Shown piece after piece: positions 1 to 12,379 of a stretch of 64,000 bases of DNA. The notes beneath the pieces are model-generated. The model saw nothing but the letters and a program-made list of their open reading frames with translations, was not told the origin of the DNA and searched no databases. Position 1 is the first letter of the stretch; each line of letters opens with the position of its first letter. The stretch lies in assembly GCA_000165425.1 (NCBI GenBank), contig CT868396.1:146826-210825 (forward strand), given 5' to 3'. The stretch comes from Paramecium tetraurelia (Eukaryota). Both the position numbers and the translations under genes were made by a program.

Positions 1-471
1 AGTAAAAGATTTCCAAGCAAATCATGGATTTGGAGTCAGAAAACTAGATCTCCTTGTTGGATATCTCTAACCTAAATACGATTTATTCTTTAGACATCTA
101 ACCTAAAATCCAGATAAATCAAAATCATTTTAGAGTCTTCTTTCTGGAAGATTAGTTTTGGATTTAGTTTATAGACAATAACAATAAACTTATGGAATTG
201 AAGCTCAGTACAATCTGGAGAAGGCTAAGTTAACAACCTTGGTTGGATTAACAACAAAATTGAATGGTTTAGATGTTAAAGCTAAGGTGAATACATCTAC
301 AGCAACTTTAGGGTTGAGTGGAAAAGGAAAATTCAATGAAAAGTTAATTTTCATATTAAACTTAGATTCAACTGGACTTTATCAACTGAGTTACCAATAG
401 ATGGATAATGGCCTAGAAAACAAGGGGTTTTCCCAGTCCCAGTAGGATTCACAATCGATACATCCTTATGA
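1..471 (+). CDS. Eukaryotic porin (VDAC-like), 3' part; 5' end outside window
   Basis: Code-6 translation ...LVGLTTKLNGLDVKAKVNTSTATLGLSGKGKFNEK|FNWTLSTEL...VGFTIDTSL*. It shows amphipathic beta-strands and a KAKVN motif typical of VDAC C-termini. Needs a 23-nt intron at 343-365; TGA at 469-471. Confidence 0.7.
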
Positions 472-539
472 ATAAAATAAGTATATTCAATATTTATAAT
501 ATAAATTGAATTTAATTATAGATTTATATAATTGAAGTA

Positions 540-1035
540 AGGTATTCCACTCTATATACTGATAATCTCATATCTAATAGAAAAATAAGTCATAAAAATA
601 TGGAGTAGGTATCTTATTAGATATGAATGCTTATCATATCGATTTATGAATTTCTGTCAACTTATATTTTGTTTAATTTTCTAAAGCATTATTATTAGGA
701 ATACTCCACTGTTGTTCCAATTTTAGATGTTTATCTTTTATCAGTAACTATATTCTTCGGCATCATCTCTAAGAAATAAACCATTTTGATGCAAGTCCTG
801 CAAAATTCAGCAACACAATATTGCATCTTAAAATTATACTCTATCTTAAATTATTAAAATACTGTAAATATATTTCAAGAGATTACTGAACTGAATTAAA
901 AACCTTGATAATTCCTTTATGTCTCAAATAAGCTAGAACTTCTCTTTCTATTCAGATTTGAAATATTTTATTTTTGCCAATACAACTTCACTTAAAGCAC
1001 CGAAACCGAAAGTTTTCACAATTTCATAAATATAC
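540..1035 (-). pseudogene. Decayed Ser/Thr protein kinase remnant
   Basis: Kinase-like pieces lie in different frames: YEIVKTFGFGALSEVVLAK (Gly loop), IEREVLAYLRHKGIIKVFNS (alphaC/beta4), LHQNGLFLRD / MPKNIV (broken HRDLKPEN). No VAIK or DFG seen. Confidence 0.6.
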
Positions 1036-1157
1036 AATTTAACTATTATGTTGAATGTATAAAGATATATCTTAGACAAATATAGGTAATTTGGTAATCA
1101 TAATTATTATTTAATAAATTATGCATTATTAGTATAATCATTTCAGGTTAACTTGTT

Positions 1158-3231
1158 TCATTTCTTGCTCCCTGCTTTCCTTATTGCATCCAATATCTTC
1201 TATTTAAATTCCTACAATATTTGGTTGTCACCAACAGCACTCTTATGATTGCATATTGAGTCAATCACGTAAGCCAATACCAATCCGCTATAGTTAAAGT
1301 GTTAAGCATAATCGTTCTTGAATTCTACAAATTCTTATGAATTTTATCAATACTATAATATTACTCCAATTTAATATGTTGAATGCTCTCATCACTTTTA
1401 AATTGTACTCATTCTCCATGAATTTAATAACGAAATGCACAACTGGCTAATCTATCAATTCCTTATATGGTGGCCCCTTCCCTATCATGTTTTATTTATA
1501 ATTTACTGTCTCGTCTCTCAAGGGTATTAATATAGAACATTGTTTTGTTCTAAAAGTCAATATACACACCAACGTACTCGTATTAACTAATCTTCACAGG
1601 TACAAACACTTTATCGAATAGATCAAATATAGTTCTATTTCTCCCTTAAAATTGATCCGTAAAGCTTTTGGCTCTATCAATTATTGACAATCATTACTTC
1701 TCTGGATTTTGACTGAGCACATTATAGAATTCAATTGGAAAGATGAATACTCTCTTGAACTCCTCCTACAAATGACTGAAATAGAATTCCATAATGTTTT
1801 GAGACAGAACCAACTTTTACTTGAGCAACTCGAATTCTTATCTATTGATTTTCCTATTGTATTTGAGAGCAATGATTTCCTCTTAATAGAGTTAAGTTTG
1901 CATCTGGGGTGGTTTAGGGAAGAGCATTGATTTGGACTTGGGAATTTGAATCGATTATCGCATTTACTATTATTGAAATTAGGGTTGGACTTGCATTTAG
2001 GATTTAGTTGATGAAGGTAAACCCATGCCTTCAAACATCTAATTTAAACATTTAAATTACTCTCTCATGAATGAAGTCTTAGTATTAATTCAATAGTATT
2101 TTATATTATTCTGGATTGTGTTGTTAGTAATAGATTAATAATTACTATAATTAATCAGCAGGGTTTGGTTCCTAAATCTTTTTATTTTTAACTTGTTCTT
2201 TGAGGAGTTCTTCTAAATCCTGTTATCTAAGATGGAACACTTTTTCTGGTGGGAAGAAGGGTATTACAGGTTTGAGATTATAATCTCTGGGTTTAAGTTC
2301 GTCAGGTTGGGGAATGTCAGACAATAATTAGTTTTTCACAGTCTCCATTCCTTAAACAAATTCTTTCACTGAAATTTGATTTTTCATAGTATCCACTCTA
2401 CTAGTAGAAGGTAATGAAACATGAGATTGAGATATTTGATTCTATCCTGACCTTTGAGATTATTAAAATTATTTTGATTAAAGATTGAATGAACTCAGTT
2501 GTGAATTGGATTTTTAAAATGAAACATTATCCAATTTTGGATTCTGTTCCCTCTAGGACATTTTCTGAGAATTCGACTTTTAATCGTACTTTCTTGATTG
2601 ATTGACTTCCTGCAAGAGTTGATCATCAAGTATTCTTGAGAAGGACTCTCCATTTTGTTTCATTTACTGATTTCTGTATTATTTGAGCAGGACCCATTTC
2701 ATCAAAGCTTACCTTTAACATTCAATGAAATTTAGTTTAAAATTAGCATGATTGATAGCTCTAATAAAGATACCAGCCAAGATTGAGATGAAGTCTTTTG
2801 TAATTGATTCAATTCTAATAATTTTCTGATTAATAAAAGCTTTTTCTATTTGCATATTCGTGTCGATCAGGAGGACTTCTTAGCCTACAGTATCCCAAAG
2901 GAATGCATAGAGGGGATCCTTGATAGCAATTACAGCCATTGAATAGTTGGCAGTTGTTTAATGAATAGCATCGACTTGTTTCATGTCAGTGATGTAGTTG
3001 ATTTCAACAGTAACATTTCTTCTGACTTGGGACTTGATGTATTGGAGAGTGTACTCGATAAGTTTGCGAGTAATTACATCATTCTAAATATTTATATCTA
3101 GAATTTACATAGATATACTCCTTAGCCTCTGCCATAGTGATATCATGAAGGAAGGGTCCAGGAACAACTTTTTCTATGTACCTTTCATACTCATCATCGT
3201 AGTCTCTATAATCTGGAATTTAATCTGACAT
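1158..3231 (-). CDS. Ulp1/SENP (peptidase C48)-like protein with a degenerate C-terminal domain and a probable second N-terminal one
   Basis: ATG 3231 to TGA 1158 with several tiny introns (e.g. 1674-1697). The C-terminus reads KINRQEFELLKQKLVLSQNIMEFYFSHL..IFPIEFYNVL..FDKVFVPVKISQYEYVGVYIDFQNKTMFYINTL..DYAQHFNYSGLVLAY, following the Ulp1 motif order. Confidence 0.7.
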
Positions 3232-3280
3232 GTAATATATTTATAAAATTATTATATATTAAGTAGAATGGCTCAAATGG

Positions 3281-4798
3281 TCATCGAATAGTCGGGATAT
3301 GCAAAGGGCCATTAAGTTATTTGAAATCCTAATTAATTTGTGGATATAGATTCCAAAAACGTAAAGTTTCATCCCCTGCTCCAGTAACAATGGTTGATCC
3401 ATCAGGAGACATTGCTAAATACAGTACTCTATTTTTGAATGTAGATAGTACCTGCATGTGTGTCCGACTAATGTTGAGATCCTTTTCATATTGTTGCATT
3501 TCCAAAGCACAATTTAATTTTGACTATATCCATGAGTGGAAATGAGTTCATTGTCAATCTTGCTGAACATGAGATTGCACACTTGACTGCCAGTGTCTTC
3601 TTTTTGTAAGGGTTTCCCTTCAAGAGCATTCCAGAATCTAATCATCTTATCTGCAGTGCCACCCCCGCTAGCCAATAACCCATGTTGATGGGGACTCCAA
3701 GCAATAGCCTTTACTGCAGCCTGATGTTCAGTCAATCTAAATATGGGTTTGTCCTGTTTATGAGAAGACCAAAGATAAAGTTTATTATCATTACCTCCTG
3801 AAGCCAGCATCTACCCATCAGGCGACCACTTCAAACCACAAACCTCCTGTTTATGCGCTGACTATTTAAGAAAGTAATTTCCCTTCAATCGTAAATCTCT
3901 TTATAATATCAACTTGTCTCTTGAGCCACTACTAAGTACATTATCTGAAAAGCACAACGTTCCTACTCTCGCTATATGCCCCTTGTAAGTGCGAACTCTT
4001 TGCAATTTGATGGCATCCCAAATCTAGACTTCTCCTATCTTAGTTCCGACTGCCAAGTGCGGTCCTCGGAGTGACCAAGCCACACTTGTAACTGAATCAT
4101 TATGTAAATCCAATAATTTAGTAACTTTCGAAGATTGTGCATTCCTGAGATTAATAACACTCATACCATAAGTATACACACGAATTCAAAGCTACAGACA
4201 ATGTATTCTAACTGCTCCAATCTATTAGATTCAAATAAAAATCATCTTAAAGTTATGGTGCATCAAGAACTTTAAATGGAACTTTCTGTATTTTGCGCAC
4301 ATACTTGCTGTAATAATTAGACAGGGTTTCTGATATTGTAAAATACTTATGATCTATGAGAATACTAGTTATTAATATATTTATAGCATCTACCTATTGT
4401 ATATTTTGGAATTATGGATGTTGCAATTATTCTGTTGATTGTATTAAAATCCACTTTGATTGATGAACTGCATAGAGTCTGACTCAAATATTGGTTCCTA
4501 TTCGAGTATTTACTATTTGTATAGCATCTCCAATGCCATTTAAGCTGATGCAATGTCTTGACTCTCCAGTTTGTTTTCCTGGACGATGGAGAAATTCTTC
4601 TTCAATTACGTAACAAACCGATCTCCCTGAAAGGATTTCTATCTTTTGTAATCTGTGCTGCTCAAATTGTATTAGTTTTCTTGCTTTGCCTACGGATGGT
4701 TCTCCAATTAAATTGAGGCTTCATTGCACAAAGCTTAATAAGAAACAGTCTTTTAATAATAAATCATCACTTTTTACCTGGCTTTTCAATTTGGACAT
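3281..4798 (-). CDS. FZR1: APC/C activator Cdh1/fizzy-related WD40 protein
   Basis: C-box-like GDRFVT, PFKVLDAPQLQDDFYLNLIDWS, HKQEVCGLKWS, ASGGNDNKL, ASGGGTADKMIRFWN, and a C-terminal IR tail (...IPTIR*). Two introns. Confidence 0.92.
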
Positions 4799-4876
4799 TT
4801 GCAAACAAAATATTTTTATATATAAAATATAAATGTGCTTTCACTTTTATCAATAATATTTCAAATATATTAATTT

Positions 4877-5443
4877 ATGTAACAACGACTACAAACACAT
4901 GCAACCACCGAAGAGGGCAGAAAGTCGAGTTCAGAAATCATCAGTCCCTTGCGCGAGATGTATTAAATTAGGAGGAATGTCATGAAACTTGAGAAGCAAC
5001 GCACTGATGAAAGTTGCCATCGTAAATCACAAGAATTCATTAAACATATTAGCCAGTCTCACAGAGATGCCATCATCCCCCAACAACTCAAGTTCGAGGA
5101 CAACCTCGATGGAAGTAGAGCAACCATCAATTCTATCAACTCAGTTGCTCAGCATTATGAAATCATCAAACCTAACCTTCATCACATCGATTGGAATAAG
5201 GAAAACAATCAAAATCAAAGCAATAAGAACAAACACCATCAAAAATGCGATTCCAATAAACACAAAACCAAATTTATCCAATTAGATAATTAACGTCAAT
5301 AAATTAATAAGACGATTCAATAAGTACTGCCTTCATGATTAATCGAATAGATGTCCAAGTGTAATCGACAATTAGCCAATGTGCTGAAAGCCTAAGTTGA
5401 CAAACTATTCGATACTATTAAAACTGACTACACCTATGCTTGA
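4877..5443 (+). CDS. Hypothetical protein
   Basis: Open code-6 frame MQQRLQTHATTEEGRK... with a 27-nt intron at 5324-5350; TGA at 5441-5443. Confidence 0.65.
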
Positions 5444-5519
5444 CATGAATTTTTATATATTTAATTAAAAAGCTTATTAATTCCAGAGTGTGTATTGATT
5501 ATAATTTATACTAATTATT

Positions 5520-5989
5520 TCAGAATCCAAAAGTCTCGAAATCTGAATATTTTATATATAAAATATTGTCCTCCTTGTTTTTCTAGGAATCAAATATCTA
5601 TCCCACAGTTTAATCATCTAAATAGAGTTATAACATACCTCTCAACATTAATAAAGTATTGTTGCAATATAAAAATATGCTAGTCTATTTATTGATGGCA
5701 GCATTTAATTTGATGCAATGGAGAAACTCTGCCAAATTCTTAGTTTTGTCAATCGCAAATCTAAATGAATCGCATAATTCTATTACATTTTCCAAGGCTA
5801 TTACACTTGAGTGTTAGATTAAATGTTTGATTTTTTGTGTTTTTCAACTACAACCAAAGCTTTTTATTCTCCAACAGCATTGATAACATTTTGATATTTG
5901 AGTTATCGTTCAGCTAAGGTGAACTTTTTTTAAAATTCGAATTCATTATCATTTGCTACTCCCATGACATTGATTTTCTTTTAAAACAT
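5520..5989 (-). CDS. ATG8: Divergent ATG8/LC3-family ubiquitin-like protein
   Basis: FEFQKKFTLAERQ..VVVEK..SIFLYCNNTL..TVGQIFDSQKNKEDNILYIKYSDFETFGF*, with the conserved C-terminal Gly followed by one residue. Two introns. Confidence 0.85.
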
Positions 5990-6048
5990 TAATTTGCTTC
6001 TTTGTTATAAAAAATATTATATAGTTATAAAGAAATGAATAACATTGA

Positions 6049-7803
6049 TCATTCTACAGGTTTTTTTTCTGGAACTTTGACTATTTATTTGTATTTCTAT
6101 TAAATATCATTAAATGCCTCTTCATCTTCTAGATCTTTCAATTTGCTAATAGAATAATAATAATTAAATGTACTTGAGCAATTTAACAGATGAAGAGTAC
6201 TTCAAATTTACTAGTTCTCCAATTTAAGCCAAAGTATTCTGTTCAAATCTCTGCTTAGAAGCAGTCTGATAGGTTCTAACGTACTCTTAATCATCTTTCA
6301 ACTTCTTTAGTTTAGTTGAAACCGTAATTTATCTTTCCAAATATTACTTTTGATTTTTATCCTAAATTTAATGACATTCAATACTTCCTTCTTCTTCTTC
6401 ATATATTGAAGAAATTCTAAATGTTCTTTGTGATTTTAAATCTTTTGTTCCTTGAAAGACTTCCACTCCTCACTTTTTTTGGTTTGAAACTTCTCAATTC
6501 TATCTTAGATACTTTATAATTTCTCATCCAGTTCTTCTATTTTTTCCTATTGTTTTCCTTCTGATTGCATATATCTTTCTCTCTGCTTTGAAAATCTAGA
6601 TTGTGATTCCTTCTTTTTATCCTACCACATCTTCAATACTAATTTGTCATGTTCTTCAAGTAGTTTTTCTGTCTTTGATAATTTCTACCCAACCTTATTA
6701 AATAATTCAGATTCCTTTTCTTCTCTTTCTTGTTTGATTTTGAGATTGATATTGCTTAATTTCTATTCAAAACACTATTGTTTTTCTAATCTATTTTTTT
6801 CCATTTATTCTGCTGTTTTCTATCGTTTACTCATTGATAATTCTAGAGCATGTTACTTTCTCATTAGATCTTCCATCAAACGATTACCAAAATCATCCTT
6901 AAAATGATTAATTTTATCTTCTAATTTACGATTGCGAGAAGCGATTTCAGATATCATTTTGGATCGTTTTTATTGAATTGACAATTCTCTATGAAATACT
7001 ATATACGATTATTACTTAGCTTCCATTTTTTCTTGAATTGATTTAGAAGTACGAAAATCTTTCTCTAATTATTTTCTGATTTTTTATTAATGAGTTTATA
7101 ATTTTTCATAAACCTTTTTATTTTCTGAGGCTGCCTTCTTCCTGAGATTATCAAAGGTCTCCTTACGTGAAACTAGAAGTCTCTCTTCCTTTTATTGATT
7201 CTCTTGAATTTTGAGTCTTCTATCCAACTCTTATCTAATAGCCTCTTTGGCAAAGCAATCATTAATTTTTTGTTCCTTAGATCTTTCCTCTTCTATTAAT
7301 TGCAATTTTTGATCCAAAGTGAGGGTTTCAATTTGGTTGCGAATCATCTTTTTGGTTACAACAGGTTCTGGCCACTTACTAAGTTTGAAATATGAATTTA
7401 CTAGCCTCTGAGTTCGTCTTCTTCCCTCTGTCTCTTCTCAAAATCAATCTTAATTCGTTTTCTATTGTCAAAGAGATTCTAGTAATCCACTATTTGATAG
7501 ATAAATATGATGGGTACCTATCAATTCCCTCATGTAACTCAGATAGGCCTTCTACATATCTGCTTCAGTGTATGGTATTTTTTGGATCTCGAAATCGTAG
7601 CGCAACTCGAACTTATTCCTAGATGAGTCAGATCACAAATGAAACTTTCGACGGAAGTGATGACAATCCAATCCCATACTTTCCATGGCTTTTTGAGTGA
7701 TAGGAGAGTCAGGCCGAAATTTTAGTTCGTATTCCTAGATGAGGGAGAGTAGTTTGCGAGGATTAGATATATTTACGAATTTTGGCTCTGTGACAAATAG
7801 CAT
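6049..7803 (-). CDS. Coiled-coil protein
   Basis: ATG 7803; N-terminal DSPITQKAMESMGL then long E/K/Q-rich heptads; several introns; TGA at 6049-6051. Confidence 0.75.
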
Positions 7804-7823
7804 TTAATTAAATAATTTATTAA

Positions 7824-10688
7824 ATGTACTCTTGCGACATCCTACCATTACCAGGAAAGCAATGTCGTTATCCAAAAAGTCTGAATCTTCTTAATTTGGA
7901 TCATTATTCCAAGTAATACTCACACTGAATCAATTTAGTTAAGATGCACAAAGTTCAAGCAGAATTAGAAAACCCGCAGGCAAGTTCAAGCTATTGAGTG
8001 TATCATATTTGGTTATTATTGTAGCTGCACAATCTAAAGAAGGACGAGGGCAAAAACTTTTATCATCATACATCCATCTACAATTTAAGGGAATACAATA
8101 ATCTAACTAAATCTCCTGTCTTTTTGTAAGTTGTTCCCACTCTATTTCTTTAGCATGAGTGACAATACGAAGTAGGTGAATGAAATGCAAACAAAAGTGC
8201 TCTTGACTGACTTTCAAAGAAAAGTGGCATCTTATTTGAAGAAGATTCCAAAACCCAAGAATAATCAACAATATTACTCTGACATCAAACCACTAGGATA
8301 TAAAAAGGAATACGAGACATAATAAACCATTCTACATACCTAGCAAGAAGAAATGCTGAATCGGTCATTATGCTTGAATAAATACAATTACAGACCAGAA
8401 TGTATTAATCTATTTGACTGATCTAAGTGTCTGATGTTGGTATCGAAGTTATGTTGATGGACAGCACTAAATCCTTAACCAAGCAAGTCATTCCCAATGA
8501 AAGAATACAAAACCGTTTACTCAAATTTATGGAAAGGTACCTCAATGATGACCATATCGATTATGACTTAAAGTATTTTCGCTTTTTTCATTATTATATC
8601 ATAGGTTGTAGAAGATGACACAATAATATCGTGAAATTGTTAAAAAGATCAAAACCAAGGCTTTCAAAATCATAGTGCCTGATCATTATTAAGTCTAAAT
8701 GAGTGATTTTAATGATTACTATCAAGTGAACGAGAACAAGTAAAGAGAATACTTAGAATAATAATTCGATTCACTAGCTGATCAGATTATCCAATCTATC
8801 CAATAAAGTTCACAATCCTTATCTTCTTAGAGAGATTCCTAGTAGGAACTGAATCAATTAGAACAAGAGATTGCTACTCCCAAGCATCACAATTAGGAGA
8901 TTTAATAAGAATAACAAAATTAAATTGCGAATGAGGAAGACGAAGATAGAGTGGAAGGCATGAAGGAATCAAAGAGAACTGGGAAACAAAAGGATCCTAA
9001 GAAAATAACGAAGAAGCAATCCATAAGAGCTTAAAGACCCTCAACTCTTCAGAGATAAGAATCAGATGTTATTTAATAATTAACTGAACTGAGCAATATA
9101 ACTCAATAAAGGGAATAGAGACAACCCACAGTTTAATAGATTGAAACAATTCATGAGGAGGAATTAAAATAGACGATCCAAGAGATTACAGAGGAATTGA
9201 AGAAACCACACAAGAAACACATGACCAAAGCTCAAAGGGATGAGTAGAAGAAGAGAAAGAAGGAGATTTAGCGATTACATGAAGATATTGAAAGAATCAA
9301 AAAAGAAAAGGGAGGAGATTTTGAGTATGAGAAAACAGATTCAGATAGCGAAGATAGATTTAGAAGAAAGAAATTATAAAACTAATTTGATGATATGTTT
9401 AAACCAAGATAACTCTCTCGAAGATAATCGCATTAGTTTGATGAAAATGAAGGCGAAGATCTCGATTATGCTAGTGAACAAGAGATTGAAGACAGAACCA
9501 AAATTCAAAGGGTTGAGTAAATCATATAATAAAAGAGAGATCCTAATTATCAATATAATCCATAGGAATTTTGGTAATAAGAAGTTAAAATCAATGTTAA
9601 GAAACCGCAAGTTTCAAGCATTGCTTCCCAATAGAGATAACAAGAAATGTTCTACTAATTCTAAAGAGAAAAGCTCGAACAGCAAATGCAAATGATTAAC
9701 TAGAAATATTCACAATCCCCAACCGATCCTCCTTAATAACAATAAGCCAATCCTCTCTAATATTAAATGTCACATGGTTAATAAACATAATAATAAATAA
9801 AAAATGATTAATAATAGGTTCCCTCCTAAACTAAAGGCTCTCCATAATAATAACATATGGCTACTCCCCACTATGATGAAAGAAAGAAACAAAACAGTCA
9901 TTACAGTGTCCAAAAGTCCTTCAAAACTCCACAATCTATCCCTTCTCAATAAAATAATTAAGATTCATTACATGGCATACAGGATCACTCATTCACTATT
10001 GATAATAGATAAAATTCTCTAGCTCAACTGGCATAATAAAATTAAGATGTTCGCAATAACAATCCATAAACTACATAAAACCCATAAGTTTCATAAAATG
10101 CATAGATTAACCAAAATGAAAATTAATCACAAAACAAAAATCAATAACACAGTGGATAAAATGATCAAAAGTAAAAGCAATAAGGTTCCAACACTAAGAA
10201 ACAGGAAATACCAAGTTCAGATAATAGAGGTAGAACCATTCCATCAGTGAGAAACATTGAATAAGAAGAGGGAACATAGATTTCTAAATAAATTGAAGAC
10301 AGGTTATAATAGGTTTAATCTACCTTGAATAAGGCAAAGTTGGGGATGTATGAGAAAATGATGGCAGCACAATCAGTTTATGATGTCGACATTCATGTAA
10401 TAAGATCATTTCATAAAAATAGGAGTATAAATTGGCTGATTTTCCATTGAGTTCAACGGTGTTTCCAAAACTAAATGGGGAGGATGAAAAATAGATCTTT
10501 TAATATTTGTATTGCTATTGTTTAATCTTCTTAGGTACGCATGGCAGAAGGAAGTCTATAAGATAATTCCGATGTTAAATTAAGTCAATCGAAATCTTAT
10601 TGTATATAAATTGTTAATATAGATTCGTGATGAAGACGAGGGAGCAGCGTCCCAATTAGTTAGTAGTAGTGATGAGGATGATAGATGA
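7824..10688 (+). CDS. Large Gln/Glu-rich low-complexity hypothetical protein
   Basis: ATG 7824, multiple tiny introns, long open code-6 frame ending ...SSSDEDDR* (TGA 10686-10688). The central part was not checked codon by codon. Confidence 0.65.
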
Positions 10689-10706
10689 TAATATTTTAAT
10701 TATTAA

Positions 10707-11956
10707 ATGTCGTTACTATATTCAAAGTAAACTATATCTAAAACTGATCTAATTGAGTCATTAACATTAATATTGAAACCCAGATCTTAACAAGACTTTG
10801 ATTTAGCCTGCCAATACCTTGGATCTCTCATGAAAAAACATGCCAAAGAACTCTTTAACAGATTAAGATAAAAAAATTTCGCAAATTTTGTTGAGCCAAC
10901 AGCTGAAAATTTGTTGAACATTCTCTTTGTAATCCATTCAAATATTGAGGAAGAGTCAATTGCAAAATAATTAAGAGAACCTGCAATATATTGGCTCTAG
11001 AAAGTATTGGCAGAAAACAAAGAGAGTTTTACCTTGATGCTAAATGAGGTAAGCACTCCAGGTTTGTAATCAATTATAACTAAGTCGAACATAATTCCAA
11101 AAAGTAATCAATAAATTGCAGAAAAAAGAATATCATAATTGGAAATTTAAAATCATGCAATCAAACCATAATTCTAAGTAGAATCGTATTAAATTAAACC
11201 AAAAATATTTTGTGTCATCTATTACTCCTATTTGTAAAAAATATCAATCAATTTATCTGTTTACAAATCAATTAAGAGTCTTCAGTATCCTTTTGATGAG
11301 CAAGAAGATACGAAGGGAAAATTCATTTGGATTTATAAAATTTAAAATATGATGTTAATGGGCCTTAAATTATTGGAATGCCAATCCCAAGTTTTTAAAT
11401 TCTACTAAGACTTTATTTATCAAAATATGATATAATTCTTGATCTTCATAAGATAGGAGATTGAATACCTAATCGATCAATATGCCATCATTTCCAATTT
11501 GGATTGCTTGTCCTTATATGAGATATATATAGAATTTTTGAGAGCGCAAACAATAGTAGAGAAGTATTGTTCGGATATCGATCTAAAGATAAGACTGAAT
11601 ACAAGGTAAATAGAGGATTTTTTGAATTTTTCAGTAAGGATCAGAGTTTTAAATTAATCTGCCTTTAAAAAAAGTCTCAAAGTAGCAGGTAGACATCAAG
11701 CAAATCTATCTGGCAATTAAATGGAAGATAAGGTATAAAATGTAATCCATAATAGCATTAAAAAGTGTAGAATTTTTTCAACAAAGAAAATATGGACGAG
11801 CCTCATTTACGAGATTATCATGAGCAATTGAGTGATGAAACTCAAGTCACAGAGAAGCGATATGAAAATAAATCTAGAGAAAATGAGGTTTATTTGGAGG
11901 TTGATTCTCATAGGTTGACTCACATCAGAGGGGTAAGCACATTTCAGTAAAGTTGA
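10707..11956 (+). CDS. Divergent ANTH (AP180/CALM N-terminal homology)-like protein
   Basis: ELFNRL..LLNILFVIH..CVIYYSYLQK..RQEIEYLIDQYAIISNLDCLSLYEIYIEFLRAQ resembles the ANTH helices. Confidence 0.55.
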
Positions 11957-12379
11957 TAATTAATTTAAAATTTTTATGGTTTCATTTTTTAATAACTATT
12001 TCCCAAACTTTTTATTCTGTTTCAATTTAGATTGTAAATTTAATTAATTAACTAATTAATGATCACTATTTTAAGAGATTAGATTAAATATGAATATGTA
12101 ATGAGAATATTTAATAGTATTGAGCAGCCTTTGATATTCTGAATGAAATAAATTCTATCCTCAAGATAAGTATCTTTCCATAAGGCATATATATAAATTG
12201 TGTCTAAAATCGATATGTAAATAACAACTGTCAGCCGATAAGTATTCTTCTGAGAAGGCGAGGAGTGTTTGAGTATGATTTTGTTTGATATTCCTATTGA
12301 TAATAAGTGTAGGACTGCTTATGAAAAGTGAAATAGGATGTGCATATCATGAATGATAATATAATAATATTAATTAAAA

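Noticed and set aside
1681..2034. 117-aa Cys-rich ORF from the supplied track
   Set aside because: Shadow frame of the Ulp1-like gene; the homology-bearing frame is different under code 6.
9240..10250. Lys/Asn-rich track ORFs
   Set aside because: Alternative frames of a Gln/Glu-rich exon whose TAA/TAG codons read as stops in the standard code.
12060..12360. Possible small gene or remnant on the - strand
   Set aside because: Short open frames without a convincing start or recognisable motif.
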